Below, in pieces: positions 30,002 to 38,340 of a stretch of 64,000 nucleotides of DNA. A model generated the notes under the pieces. The model was given only the letters and a program-made list of their open reading frames with translations. It did not search any database and was not told the origin of the DNA. Each line of letters starts with the position of its first letter. Position 1 is the stretch's first letter. This DNA comes from a virus: IMG/VR virus record IMGVR_UViG_3300028581_002181, positions 32,001 to 96,000 of that record; one strand, 5' to 3'. The position numbers were made by a program, and so were the translations under genes.

Positions 30002-31159
30002 ATGGAAGATACAAAAACTATAAGTTTGTGCGATCATTGTTATCGTCATTGTGCAGCAGAACGTGTCACACGTGCGGATGGAGTATATCTTGTAAAAACC
30101 TGTGAAGAGCATGGAGAAATGCAGCATATGGTAGAAAGAAATATCGAATTTTATCAGCAACTGCATTATGATGTTTCTGGTTACAGTATACCTCACGGCA
30201 CCATGGTTGAAGTCACTGACAGATGCAACTTGAATTGCCCCCATTGTTATCATAAACCTGATAATAAATTACAGGACCGATCTATAGAAAGTATATGTAA
30301 ACAAATTGCAGAAAAATTTGATGCTGAATCAGGTGCTGTGATATTGGCAGGTGCTGAACCCACAGTGCGTAAAGATTTACCAAAATTAATTATTCAAATT
30401 AAATCATTATTAAAAAAATTAAACAGGCCTGAAGATGTGTGCATATTAACCAATGGAGTAAAGTTGTCTGACAGAGCATGGGTGAAAGAAATCGCTGCTG
30501 CTGGAGCCACCATGGTGATGATTGGCATGAACCATCACACATATCAAGGTCACACGGTGCATCAAAAACAATTGCAAGGCATAGACAACTGTATTGCTGA
30601 AGGAATTTTTGTGTACTATGTGGGCTATACATTGGAAAGTTTGGATCATATGGAAGAAGTGTTGGAAGAAATTCAATCTTTGGGTAATAAGAGTTGGCAG
30701 TATAGGATCAGAGCAGGTTCCGACATAGGTAGATCACCCAATGAACCTAGATTCTTTCTCAGTGATCATGTGGCATTAATAAAATCTATCTGTGATCGCA
30801 AAGGATGGACTTGGGAAAAACACACAGCCGATGACAATCTTTATCACTACATGGTGAACATCAACGGTATCACTCATAGGATAATACAGTGGAGTGATCA
30901 TAAGACCATTGACTTGGAACAATTGCAGTGTGGACCTTGGTGTGACTTTGTGCCGGGAAAACCTGTAACAAATTTTTTACATCAAATTATGTTGCGAGAT
31001 GCTGTGGTGAATAAAAAAATGTTATTGCACGACACTGTGCCTGATCGTTATGTGATTCAATCAAAAAATATAGATTATAAAGAGTCTCAATGGACTTATC
31101 TCAGTTGGGCTGATTATAAAAAATTACAACAAAAAAGTATTAGTATGCTACGAAGTTAG
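30002..31159 (+). CDS. Radical SAM protein with N-terminal Cys/His metal site (MJ0619/Tes-like architecture)
   Basis: SLCDHC...VYLVKTCEEHG followed by EVTDRCNLNCPHC, LAGAEPTVR, LTNG. Confidence 0.8.
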   Translation: MEDTKTISLCDHCYRHCAAERVTRADGVYLVKTCEEHGEMQHMVERNIEFYQQLHYDVSGYSIPHGTMVEVTDRCNLNCPHCYHKPDNKLQDRSIESICKQIAEKFDAESGAVILAGAEPTVRKDLPKLIIQIKSLLKKLNRPEDVCILTNGVKLSDRAWVKEIAAAGATMVMIGMNHHTYQGHTVHQKQLQGIDNCIAEGIFVYYVGYTLESLDHMEEVLEEIQSLGNKSWQYRIRAGSDIGRSPNEPRFFLSDHVALIKSICDRKGWTWEKHTADDNLYHYMVNINGITHRIIQWSDHKTIDLEQLQCGPWCDFVPGKPVTNFLHQIMLRDAVVNKKMLLHDTVPDRYVIQSKNIDYKESQWTYLSWADYKKLQQKSISMLRS

Positions 31160-32513
31160 AGAAGTGTACTTCGTATTTGAAAATCGTACCAGATAAAAAT
31201 GTGTTAGGTGTCTGCACTCTTAATCTCACGTTTGCTCCACTGATATCAGCTGTGACTGCATTCACTGGGTTAGAGCCGGTGAATGTGGATGCAATAGATT
31301 GTATGCTGGCTAATCCAGTACCGTTTGCAATCAAAAATTCTCCGATATAACTGTCATTGGCACTATAATGCACGTGAATGGTCACTTTGGCTGCTCTGTA
31401 AATTGCGTGAGCATAAGTCAATGCTGTGTAGGTTTCCAGAGTGCTGCTGGTCACTTGTGTGTATGTGCCTGAATTCATTCCGGTTAAAACTTTTTCCACA
31501 CCAGCTGTGGTGTTGAAAGATGCATTGCCTGCCACTGATAATGTGGCAGTGGGATTGATCATGTTCACTCCCAGTTCACCAAAAGAATTGAAAACTAAAA
31601 ATTTTAAAGATGCTCCACCATCATCTGAAGTGGCAAAACCTATTGCGCCTGGTACTGCACCTGGTGCTACTGGATTGTTTGAGTCTGTTTCTACACTGGC
31701 AAATAAAGCACTGGAAAATCTATAAGCAGTGCCGTCATGTCCACTAACATTCAGTGTGAACAATGGATCGCCTTGTTGCAAAATTGTAGGCACACTGAGA
31801 GTGCCTCTAGACACATTTATTTCAAAACTGTCATTGCTGGTGCCATCAGTTAACGAATTAATTCTTAAACTTTTATTAGAGATTACAGGAGCTTTAATAT
31901 TTAAAGCTGTGCCCAAAGCTGAATTGTTTGCGCCTATTTGTAAGGTGTCCAAACCGTTCAATAGAGTCACTATATTGTCAGTGATCACCACATCGCCGTT
32001 GCTGACTATATTGGTGGCAGGATTAGTGCTCAATAATAATGTGCCTGCTGTGCTGTACACATCTGCTTTGATTCTTTTTTGTATGCCATCCACCATTGCT
32101 GTGGAGTCATCTGCAAACACTGAACCGTTGAGATCTCCTGTGACATCACCGCTCACGTTGCCTGTAAGGTTACCAGTGACGTTGCCAGTCACGTTGCCGC
32201 TCACGTTGCCTGTGACGTTGCCTGTTAAATTTCCTGTGACGTTGCCTGTGAGTGCTCCGTATATGTTTACAAAACGCCCTTCAGCCCAGCGATTGCCCGC
32301 TGCACCTATGTCACGTAAATTGTCTGCATCTGGAGTTACGTCGGTAGTAATGCCTGAAAATGCCACAGAGCCAGTGTCTACGGCTGTGCCGCCCACTGTT
32401 GAACCATCACCCACAAATAATTGTTTGGTATCTGTGGTGTAAATCAGTTCTCCCTGCAATGGAGTGATCAACAGTCTTTGTGCGTTTGTGCCACGTCTTA
32501 ATCTCAATGCCAT
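31140..32513 (-). CDS. Tail fibre-like protein
   Basis: MALRLRRGT...LQGELIYTTDTKQLFVGDG N-terminal motif typical of phage fibre proteins; GNVT repeats; perfect late promoter and AAGGAG RBS. Confidence 0.75.
   Translation of the reverse strand: MALRLRRGTNAQRLLITPLQGELIYTTDTKQLFVGDGSTVGGTAVDTGSVAFSGITTDVTPDADNLRDIGAAGNRWAEGRFVNIYGALTGNVTGNLTGNVTGNVSGNVTGNVTGNLTGNVSGDVTGDLNGSVFADDSTAMVDGIQKRIKADVYSTAGTLLLSTNPATNIVSNGDVVITDNIVTLLNGLDTLQIGANNSALGTALNIKAPVISNKSLRINSLTDGTSNDSFEINVSRGTLSVPTILQQGDPLFTLNVSGHDGTAYRFSSALFASVETDSNNPVAPGAVPGAIGFATSDDGGASLKFLVFNSFGELGVNMINPTATLSVAGNASFNTTAGVEKVLTGMNSGTYTQVTSSTLETYTALTYAHAIYRAAKVTIHVHYSANDSYIGEFLIANGTGLASIQSIASTFTGSNPVNAVTADISGANVRLRVQTPNTFLSGTIFKYEVHFSNFVAY
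32128..32252 (-). repeat. Coding 12-bp-period repeat encoding about 10 copies of G[ND][VL][TS]
   Basis: TGNVTGNLTGNVTGNVSGNVTGNVTGNLTGNVSGDVTGDL; the DNA units differ at synonymous sites. Confidence 0.85.
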
Positions 32514-32545
32514 ATGCTGTGTTGCTCCTTGTGTGTATTACTGTG

Positions 32546-32553
32546 TATTTATA
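32546..32553 (-). promoter_or_regulatory. Perfect T4 late promoter TATAAATA
   Basis: tatttata on + at 32546-32553, 33 nt upstream of the ATG at 32513. Confidence 0.75.
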
Positions 32554-32583
32554 TCTACAATTGGGTTTATGGCCTTGAACATT

Positions 32584-32898
32584 TTACTTTTTAAAGAACT
32601 TTTTGGTGTGTTTTTCAATGTCTTTTTTGACCTTTTCTGTGTCCAGTCTAAAATCCACATTTTTGATGCTGTCTGTGTAGGTCTTAAACAGCTCATTTAA
32701 TGTCTGTTCTAGATTGCTGTTGGTGAGTTTTTTGGTGTTGTTTTTGACCTTGATGTCCCACTTTTTACCATCTTTGAAAGTGACCTTGATGGCCAGCAGG
32801 TACTGTATGGGTATGGCCCGCACAGTGACATCACTGAACACTTCGGGCCAATGATCCACCACATTTTTGGGCAAATTTTTCTTGCCAAATATCACCAT
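32584..32898 (-). CDS. Hypothetical protein
   Basis: Basic ORF of about 104 aa; start at 32898 or 32907. Confidence 0.65.
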   Translation of the reverse strand: MVIFGKKNLPKNVVDHWPEVFSDVTVRAIPIQYLLAIKVTFKDGKKWDIKVKNNTKKLTNSNLEQTLNELFKTYTDSIKNVDFRLDTEKVKKDIEKHTKKFFKK

Positions 32899-32907
32899 AT
32901 TGTGCAT

Positions 32908-33486
32908 CTATTCGGTGGATTTGTTTTTGAGTTCGTCTGCTTGTTTTCTCAATCGTGCTGCTTCTTTGTAGAGTCTATCTGCATCACTTCTCAATTTGGC
33001 AGCCAATTGCTCGTCAGTCATCACAGTTTCTTTTTTCAAAGATTCCATCACTGGATTCACTATCTGTCGGGCCTGTGTGCTCACTGGTTGTTCATCACTG
33101 GGTGTGATGGCCAATTCTGCAATCTTCAAACCTTTTTGTTGTGCTATGGCAGCATTCAAAGCATCCAAACTGATTGTGGTGTTGACATTGGGAGTCATTT
33201 CTATTTGATCAGCTTTGACTTTTTTCATCAATCCTTTCACATGGAATCTAGCCAGCATGATGGAACCATCACCCAATTGAGTGCGGGCCATGGCTTCGGC
33301 CAACTCATATGAAGTTTGACTGGCAGCACTGTGGATCAAATCCATCAGTCTTATGTGCTCATCTGATTCTAAATTGCTGGTGGGTACCACCAATGCATGT
33401 TCAGGATCGCTGGGCAATACTCTATACACCACTCCCACTACTTCTTTGGTGTCTTTGAATCTGCCCAAATGTTTCACTTCGCTCAT
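32908..33486 (-). CDS. Hypothetical protein with C-terminal coiled coil
   Basis: 192-aa ORF translationally coupled on both sides. Confidence 0.7.
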   Translation of the reverse strand: MSEVKHLGRFKDTKEVVGVVYRVLPSDPEHALVVPTSNLESDEHIRLMDLIHSAASQTSYELAEAMARTQLGDGSIMLARFHVKGLMKKVKADQIEMTPNVNTTISLDALNAAIAQQKGLKIAELAITPSDEQPVSTQARQIVNPVMESLKKETVMTDEQLAAKLRSDADRLYKEAARLRKQADELKNKSTE

Positions 33487-33785
33487 TACTTTTTATCTCC
33501 AGTCACGGGTGCTGCTGGTTTGGCAGCTGGTGCGGCTGTGGCTTGAGCGGCTTGTTGTTGAGCTTGAATGGCATTTAAAAATGCTTCCAGTTTGTTGTAT
33601 GTGGTGCCCACTGCTTGCATTTCGCCTGCTTTGAATGCACCTCTTTGTGATGCCACTTCAATGATGGCTTTGATTGTGTTTAAATCCTGCACAGTGAGAT
33701 CACCTGATTTATTGTCAGGAGCTCCAGCAGGAGTGGCAGCTTTGGCCTGTTCAGGCGTGGCTGCAGTTTTTGTTTGTTCGTTCAT
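33486..33785 (-). CDS. Hypothetical protein (Ala/Pro-rich termini)
   Basis: AAGGAGA RBS before ATG 33785; core DLTVQDL..IK.IIEVASQRGAF. Confidence 0.7.
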   Translation of the reverse strand: MNEQTKTAATPEQAKAATPAGAPDNKSGDLTVQDLNTIKAIIEVASQRGAFKAGEMQAVGTTYNKLEAFLNAIQAQQQAAQATAAPAAKPAAPVTGDKK

Positions 33786-33817
33786 TATGGTTTCTCCTTT
33801 GTATATACAGCAGTTAT

Positions 33818-34102
33818 TTAACTGTTGATGATATAAGGGCAACCTAAAGTGAATAGAGTGAGTTCTTTGGCGTCTTCAAAACCAATTTTGATGGCATACT
33901 CCACTTTTTTATCCTGGGAGTTCTGTACCATTTTTGCTGTGTAAAATCTGCCTTTGAGATTGATGCGAATCCAATCATCCAATTTGTCCTGCACACCATA
34001 ATCAAATCGTATCTGCATGTAGGTGAAATGTGGCAAAGGCTTGACCACTTTTCTAATACCAAAAAAATTTAGAGCATTGGGCTCACCATTTTTTTGCAAC
34101 AT
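33818..34102 (-). CDS. Hypothetical protein
   Basis: 94-aa ORF coupled to the upstream VWA gene. Confidence 0.6.
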   Translation of the reverse strand: MLQKNGEPNALNFFGIRKVVKPLPHFTYMQIRFDYGVQDKLDDWIRINLKGRFYTAKMVQNSQDKKVEYAIKIGFEDAKELTLFTLGCPYIINS

Positions 34103-35340
34103 CAGTCCTCGTATTTGGTAGTGATACCGAATGGTGCTTCGATTCTATCGTTGTGGTTGTCATGTATCACAAACACTGTGTCACAATAGTTGGGATCACC
34201 CCAACTGTCGTAGGTATATCCATCTGTGAACATGATTAATCTTTTGGGCACAATGTCATTTGCCTTCATGTATTCCCAATTGCACATAAAGTCTGTGCCA
34301 CCACCACCTGTGATGCTGTACTGACTGATGTCACCATCATTAGGACCATAATCTTGTTCATTGTACACTTCTGTGTCAAAAGTCCACACTTTTATCTTGT
34401 AATCTTTGTATTGATCCATGATGGATTTGATTTCGCTCAAAAACACAGTCAATTGTTTTTCACTGATGGATCCACTGGCATCAATGGCCACAGCAATGTC
34501 TATGGTTTGTTCAAACTGCGAACCTGGCAGCACCACACCTGAATGCCATCCTTTGCGGCTGGGTCTCATAAAACTGTAATCACTTTTGATGGTGCTTTGA
34601 ATTTGTGTTTGCAATATTTCTCTCCAATTCATTTTGGGATTGGTCATGCTCTGCACAATTCTTTCCACTTCTTTGGGTAAGTTTCCTGCACCTGCTGCCT
34701 GAGCTGATTGCAGTATGGAATCTTTGATTTCGTCTCTTATTTTTCTCAATTCTTCTTTGCTGAATGCGGGCTTTTTTTGTTTGCCTTTGTCTTTGTCATC
34801 TTTGCTGGGTCCTTGGCCATTGTCATCACCCCAATCCAAATGTTCATCCAACAGTTGACCTAATTTTTGCAATTGTTTTTCGTCATATTTTTTATAAATT
34901 TCATCATACACTTTTTCTGAACTCCAACCTTCATATTTGAAGTCTTGGAATATGGGTATGTCTTTGGGTTTTTCACCAATGTTGTCTCTCACCAATGTGT
35001 TGTTCACAATGTAGTCACAGGCCACATTGTAGATCTGTCTATCTCTTTGTTCAGTTCTGCCAATGTGGTCAAACACACAGTGCAGTATTTCATGTGCTAT
35101 CACAAATTCAATTTCTCTTGAAGAAAGTTTACTGAAAAACTTGGTGTTGTAATAAAGATTTCTGCCATCAGTGGCTGCTGTGGGACACCATTCATCACAC
35201 TCTTGAATGCCCAATCTAGTGGCCATGTTGCCAAAGAAAGGATGTCTCAACAACAATCCTACTCTGGCCACAATAATTTTATCCAACACTTCTTGTTGTA
35301 TTTTGTTTAATTTTTCTTGTTGTTTTGTGTTCATAATCAT
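34102..35340 (-). CDS. HExxH metallopeptidase-like + VWA domain protein (DUF2201-like)
   Basis: TAATDG, IAHEILH, MIDAS-like IDASGS, GGGGTDF. Confidence 0.85.
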   Translation of the reverse strand: MIMNTKQQEKLNKIQQEVLDKIIVARVGLLLRHPFFGNMATRLGIQECDEWCPTAATDGRNLYYNTKFFSKLSSREIEFVIAHEILHCVFDHIGRTEQRDRQIYNVACDYIVNNTLVRDNIGEKPKDIPIFQDFKYEGWSSEKVYDEIYKKYDEKQLQKLGQLLDEHLDWGDDNGQGPSKDDKDKGKQKKPAFSKEELRKIRDEIKDSILQSAQAAGAGNLPKEVERIVQSMTNPKMNWREILQTQIQSTIKSDYSFMRPSRKGWHSGVVLPGSQFEQTIDIAVAIDASGSISEKQLTVFLSEIKSIMDQYKDYKIKVWTFDTEVYNEQDYGPNDGDISQYSITGGGGTDFMCNWEYMKANDIVPKRLIMFTDGYTYDSWGDPNYCDTVFVIHDNHNDRIEAPFGITTKYED

Positions 35341-35352
35341 TTAATGAAATTA

Positions 35353-35371
35353 GGGCACCCTAAGGGTGCCC
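35353..35371 (-). terminator. GC-rich hairpin between the AAA and VWA genes (terminator, attenuator or processing site)
   Basis: GGGCACCC-TTA-GGGTGCCC perfect inverted repeat, followed on - by a weak U-tract (TAATTTC). Confidence 0.5.
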
Positions 35372-35379
35372 CAATATGG

Positions 35380-36492
35380 TTACTCTTTTGGAGTAACCTT
35401 TTGTGCGGCAATCACATACTTGCCGTACTTCTCATGGAACTCATCGAAACATTTGATACTGTCTGGATCAATTGGCAACTGATACTGTGTGAGTGCAAGT
35501 TTAATGCCCATCACCACTATTTCAGTGTCGAAGTTATCCATAGAAAATCTAAGAAACTTATTGACCTTGTCATTAAACTTCTTATCTTTCTTATCACATG
35601 CGTCTTTCAGTTCGTAGCAAAGGGAGACCGTCAAGGAATACATGGCACTGATTTCTTTGGTCTTCATTTTTTCTACCTTCCCTGACAAGATGTCAGATGG
35701 ATTTGGTAGGTCCTTAGCTACTTTCCTATGAGCCATGAATTTTACTGCGAGTCCTTCACCCACAGCACCGCTTACTAGGTCGGCTGTGGTACTCTCGTCT
35801 ATTTCGTCACCAAGTAATTCGCTGACGAATGTCCAAGATCTAGGAGTTGCAAATGATCTGCCTGAACTCTTGGGCTCAAAATCGTATAAATCTTTTTTGC
35901 TGAATGTCAAAAATCCCACCACATCTTTGTGTATGTTGTGTTGCACAGCCCATTGAAACCAATCCTCAAAATCCACTTTCATTTCAATGTGTATAAATCT
36001 ATTGGCCAGCGGTGCAGGCATTCTGTATGTGATACCTCTGTCCGCTTCTCTATTACCAGCGGCAATAATCACCACATTGTCAGGCAGTTTGTATGTGCCC
36101 ACTCTTCTATTGAGAATCAATTGATATGCTGCCGCTTGTACTGATGGAGCGGCTGAATTCATTTCATCCAAAAATAGTATAATTTTTTTATGATTTTTAG
36201 ACATTGCTTCTGTAGGCAGTTCACTGGGAGAGGCCCAAATCATATTGTTTTCTTTGGCATTGTAATAGGGAATTCCTTTGATATCTGTGGGTTCCCATAA
36301 ACTTAATCTGATATCAATCACTTTGGCATCTATGCTGTCTGCAATCTGATGCACTATATCGGATTTACCAATACCAGGTGCTCCCCATAAAAATATAGGA
36401 CGTTGTTTGTTGATTGCGTGTGTGATGCTTCTCTTTGCGTTGTTGGGACTAATCTGCCTTACTGCTAGACTGTCTTTGTCTGACTTTGCCAT
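35380..36492 (-). CDS. MoxR/dynein-related AAA+ ATPase
   Basis: Walker A GAPGIGKS, Walker B LFLDE, AAGNR, PLANRF, ATPRSW. Confidence 0.9.
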   Translation of the reverse strand: MAKSDKDSLAVRQISPNNAKRSITHAINKQRPIFLWGAPGIGKSDIVHQIADSIDAKVIDIRLSLWEPTDIKGIPYYNAKENNMIWASPSELPTEAMSKNHKKIILFLDEMNSAAPSVQAAAYQLILNRRVGTYKLPDNVVIIAAGNREADRGITYRMPAPLANRFIHIEMKVDFEDWFQWAVQHNIHKDVVGFLTFSKKDLYDFEPKSSGRSFATPRSWTFVSELLGDEIDESTTADLVSGAVGEGLAVKFMAHRKVAKDLPNPSDILSGKVEKMKTKEISAMYSLTVSLCYELKDACDKKDKKFNDKVNKFLRFSMDNFDTEIVVMGIKLALTQYQLPIDPDSIKCFDEFHEKYGKYVIAAQKVTPKE

Positions 36493-36538
36493 AATGTACT
36501 CCTTTTTTTAGTTTGTTTCAGTGCCTTATTGTTATTAC

Positions 36539-36567
36539 ATAATAGCATCTGAAGAATAATAAGTCAA
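36539..36567 (-). promoter_or_regulatory. Sigma70-type (early) promoter of the AAA-VWA operon
   Basis: TTGACT (36567-36562), 17 nt, TGc-TATTAT (36544-36539); AAGGAG RBS downstream. Confidence 0.7.
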
Positions 36568-36632
36568 ACTTTTTTGAAAGAAAAAAGTGTTCAGATTCAG
36601 TGGCTTAAAAACACTTGTAAATTGTGGATAAT

Positions 36633-37019
36633 TTAAGATTCTAATGGTCTAGCCATGGCTTTGATCAAACCATATTTGCGTATGTCGCCTGAAAATAAGT
36701 GAAGTTCCATGGCCTTTTTCTCATTGGTCACAATGATGCCATCAGCGGCCAAATAGTATGGACAGTCTATAAACTTGTCTAAAAATATCAACACCTGTGT
36801 GGTGATGGTGAATTCCTGTGGAAAAGGCACATCATAGGTGTGCAGTTGCAGGCGATCCTGCACAAACTTCAAACCTTCTTCAGTGAGACGCAATCCTCCT
36901 TCATCTTTCACACGACTGTTGCGCCACCAAACGGGTAGGTATTCCTTTATGGTAGTTTCCGTGATGCTTATGTTGGCCTGCTGGAGGAATATTTTAGTGT
37001 AGGTGGTTTTCCAGTCCAT
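36633..37019 (-). CDS. Hypothetical protein
   Basis: 128-aa ORF coupled to the upstream gene. Confidence 0.7.
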   Translation of the reverse strand: MDWKTTYTKIFLQQANISITETTIKEYLPVWWRNSRVKDEGGLRLTEEGLKFVQDRLQLHTYDVPFPQEFTITTQVLIFLDKFIDCPYYLAADGIIVTNEKKAMELHLFSGDIRKYGLIKAMARPLES

Positions 37020-37336
37020 TATTTTTCGGTGACTGTTTCACCTTGTGTGAGTTTGACCACTGTGAAATCCTGCACATTGAAAAGAGTGTTGAGTTTCTTG
37101 GCAAGATTGAATGCATGTCCTGGATTGGAAAAAGAAACCTTCTTGTATTTGGGACCAGGATAATTGGTGGTCATGTTGGATGATTTGAGATTGAATGGTT
37201 TATTCTTGTAAAACACGGCCCAGATGGCTTCTGCATCCAAAACTTGTTCGGATTTGTAGTCTTTTTTATTAACGTTCTCCAAAAGAACTGTGGGCTTGGG
37301 TCTACTCATGTTTTCCTTGTGATATGAGTTAAGCAC
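37019..37336 (-). CDS. Hypothetical protein
   Basis: MSRPKP... start probably at 37309 (AAGGA RBS); ATAAATA core at 37346-37340. Confidence 0.65.
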   Translation of the reverse strand: MLNSYHKENMSRPKPTVLLENVNKKDYKSEQVLDAEAIWAVFYKNKPFNLKSSNMTTNYPGPKYKKVSFSNPGHAFNLAKKLNTLFNVQDFTVVKLTQGETVTEK

Positions 37337-37401
37337 GTATATTTATGTCTTTTGGTAAGATATTTTTTTGGTACAGTGGTATCAACACCATACAATCTGT
37401 G

Positions 37402-37614
37402 TTAAAACAGGGTGTAAAACAGCACACACACCAATGCAATTGTAGACATCAAACTGATGGCAAGCAAGGGAAAAAACGCCTTTAATTTGAATCTAATCCA
37501 CATGTTTTTGCCCTCTTCTTGGAAGTATTCAGGCGCAGTCATGTAGGGATTAAAATGGTTGTTGGGCAGTGTGGTGTTGGCTATTTGTTCTATTTCTTTG
37601 TCAGTGATGCTCAC
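37402..37614 (-). CDS. Small protein with C-terminal transmembrane helix
   Basis: FFPLLAISLMSTIALVCVLFYTLF hydrophobic tail. Confidence 0.55.
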   Translation of the reverse strand: MSITDKEIEQIANTTLPNNHFNPYMTAPEYFQEEGKNMWIRFKLKAFFPLLAISLMSTIALVCVLFYTLF

Positions 37615-37871
37615 AGTTTGCCTCCATCCATCTGTATCTGTATGGTTTCTTCTTTGTCTTTTTTGGTGAGTAAATCTTCATAATTGCCTGCCAATCTACT
37701 CATCACAATGCCCAATGTGTAGGCTACATTTTTGGCAGTGGTGATATCGATTCGCACTTCTTTTTGGTTGCTTTGATCAGCCACTTTGATCTGTTGTATC
37801 AATTGCTGTATGGGTGCTGTGTTGATGGGTGCATTACTCATTTGAGGTGTGTCCTTCCTGTTTGTTGGCAC
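37611..37871 (-). CDS. Hypothetical protein
   Basis: Real start probably MSNAP (37841); coupled to neighbours. Confidence 0.6.
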   Translation of the reverse strand: MPTNRKDTPQMSNAPINTAPIQQLIQQIKVADQSNQKEVRIDITTAKNVAYTLGIVMSRLAGNYEDLLTKKDKEETIQIQMDGGKL

Positions 37872-38340
37872 TGCTGAGTTCTTGTTTCATTTCCAGCAAT
37901 GTTTTGAATGGTCCTTTGTTGGGATATCTGTCTATGGTGAGCAGTTTGGGACAGAAACTTTTGACCCATCCTTTTTCAAATTTAATAATATAATATCCAG
38001 CACAGTACAGTGATTTGGATTTTTTACTTTTGGTGAACAATGGCAATTTCTTCTGCACGTCAAACACTGGATTACAAGGTTCAAACTTGGTGGGATATCC
38101 ATACACTGTGTTGATGTCCACAGTGGATTCCTGTGACACAGTCACAGTGGTGTTGCCCCACAACCAATCACCTTGGAATTCTTGTCGCAATTGCTGTTCA
38201 GTGTCAAACATTTTTGTACCAGTGGCACAACTGAACATGTATCTGTGATCTTCTTGACGACACAGTGTGCCCAACTTGATACCTTCTGATTCCAGTATCC
38301 AGAATTTGCCGTCCAATATGGGTTTAGCAATCACTGTCAT
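37834..38340 (-). CDS. Hypothetical protein
   Basis: 168-aa ORF with ATGA overlap with the upstream nuclease gene. Confidence 0.7.
   Translation of the reverse strand: MTVIAKPILDGKFWILESEGIKLGTLCRQEDHRYMFSCATGTKMFDTEQQLRQEFQGDWLWGNTTVTVSQESTVDINTVYGYPTKFEPCNPVFDVQKKLPLFTKSKKSKSLYCAGYYIIKFEKGWVKSFCPKLLTIDRYPNKGPFKTLLEMKQELSSANKQEGHTSNE

Noticed and set aside
7580-31159. Classical RiPP cluster with a short precursor peptide
   Set aside because: No intergenic space or small ORF resembling a leader-core precursor, and no transporter or peptidase; structural-protein or glycan substrates are more plausible
7580-31159. Captured bacterial chromosome segment or assembly chimera
   Set aside because: Genes are tightly coupled, carry phage late-promoter cores and overlap the flanking fibre gene (31140-31159); a chimera is not formally excluded without read data
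32128-32252. Possible CRISPR array or VNTR
   Set aside because: 12-bp period, in frame, no spacers; a protein-level repeat
31729-32442. 237-aa + strand ORF with LPV repeats
   Set aside because: Antisense mirror of the GNVT repeat in the fibre gene
36585-36616. AAGTGTT...AACACTT inverted repeat as an origin or operator
   Set aside because: Only 7 bp with an 18-nt loop in AT-rich DNA; could arise by chance
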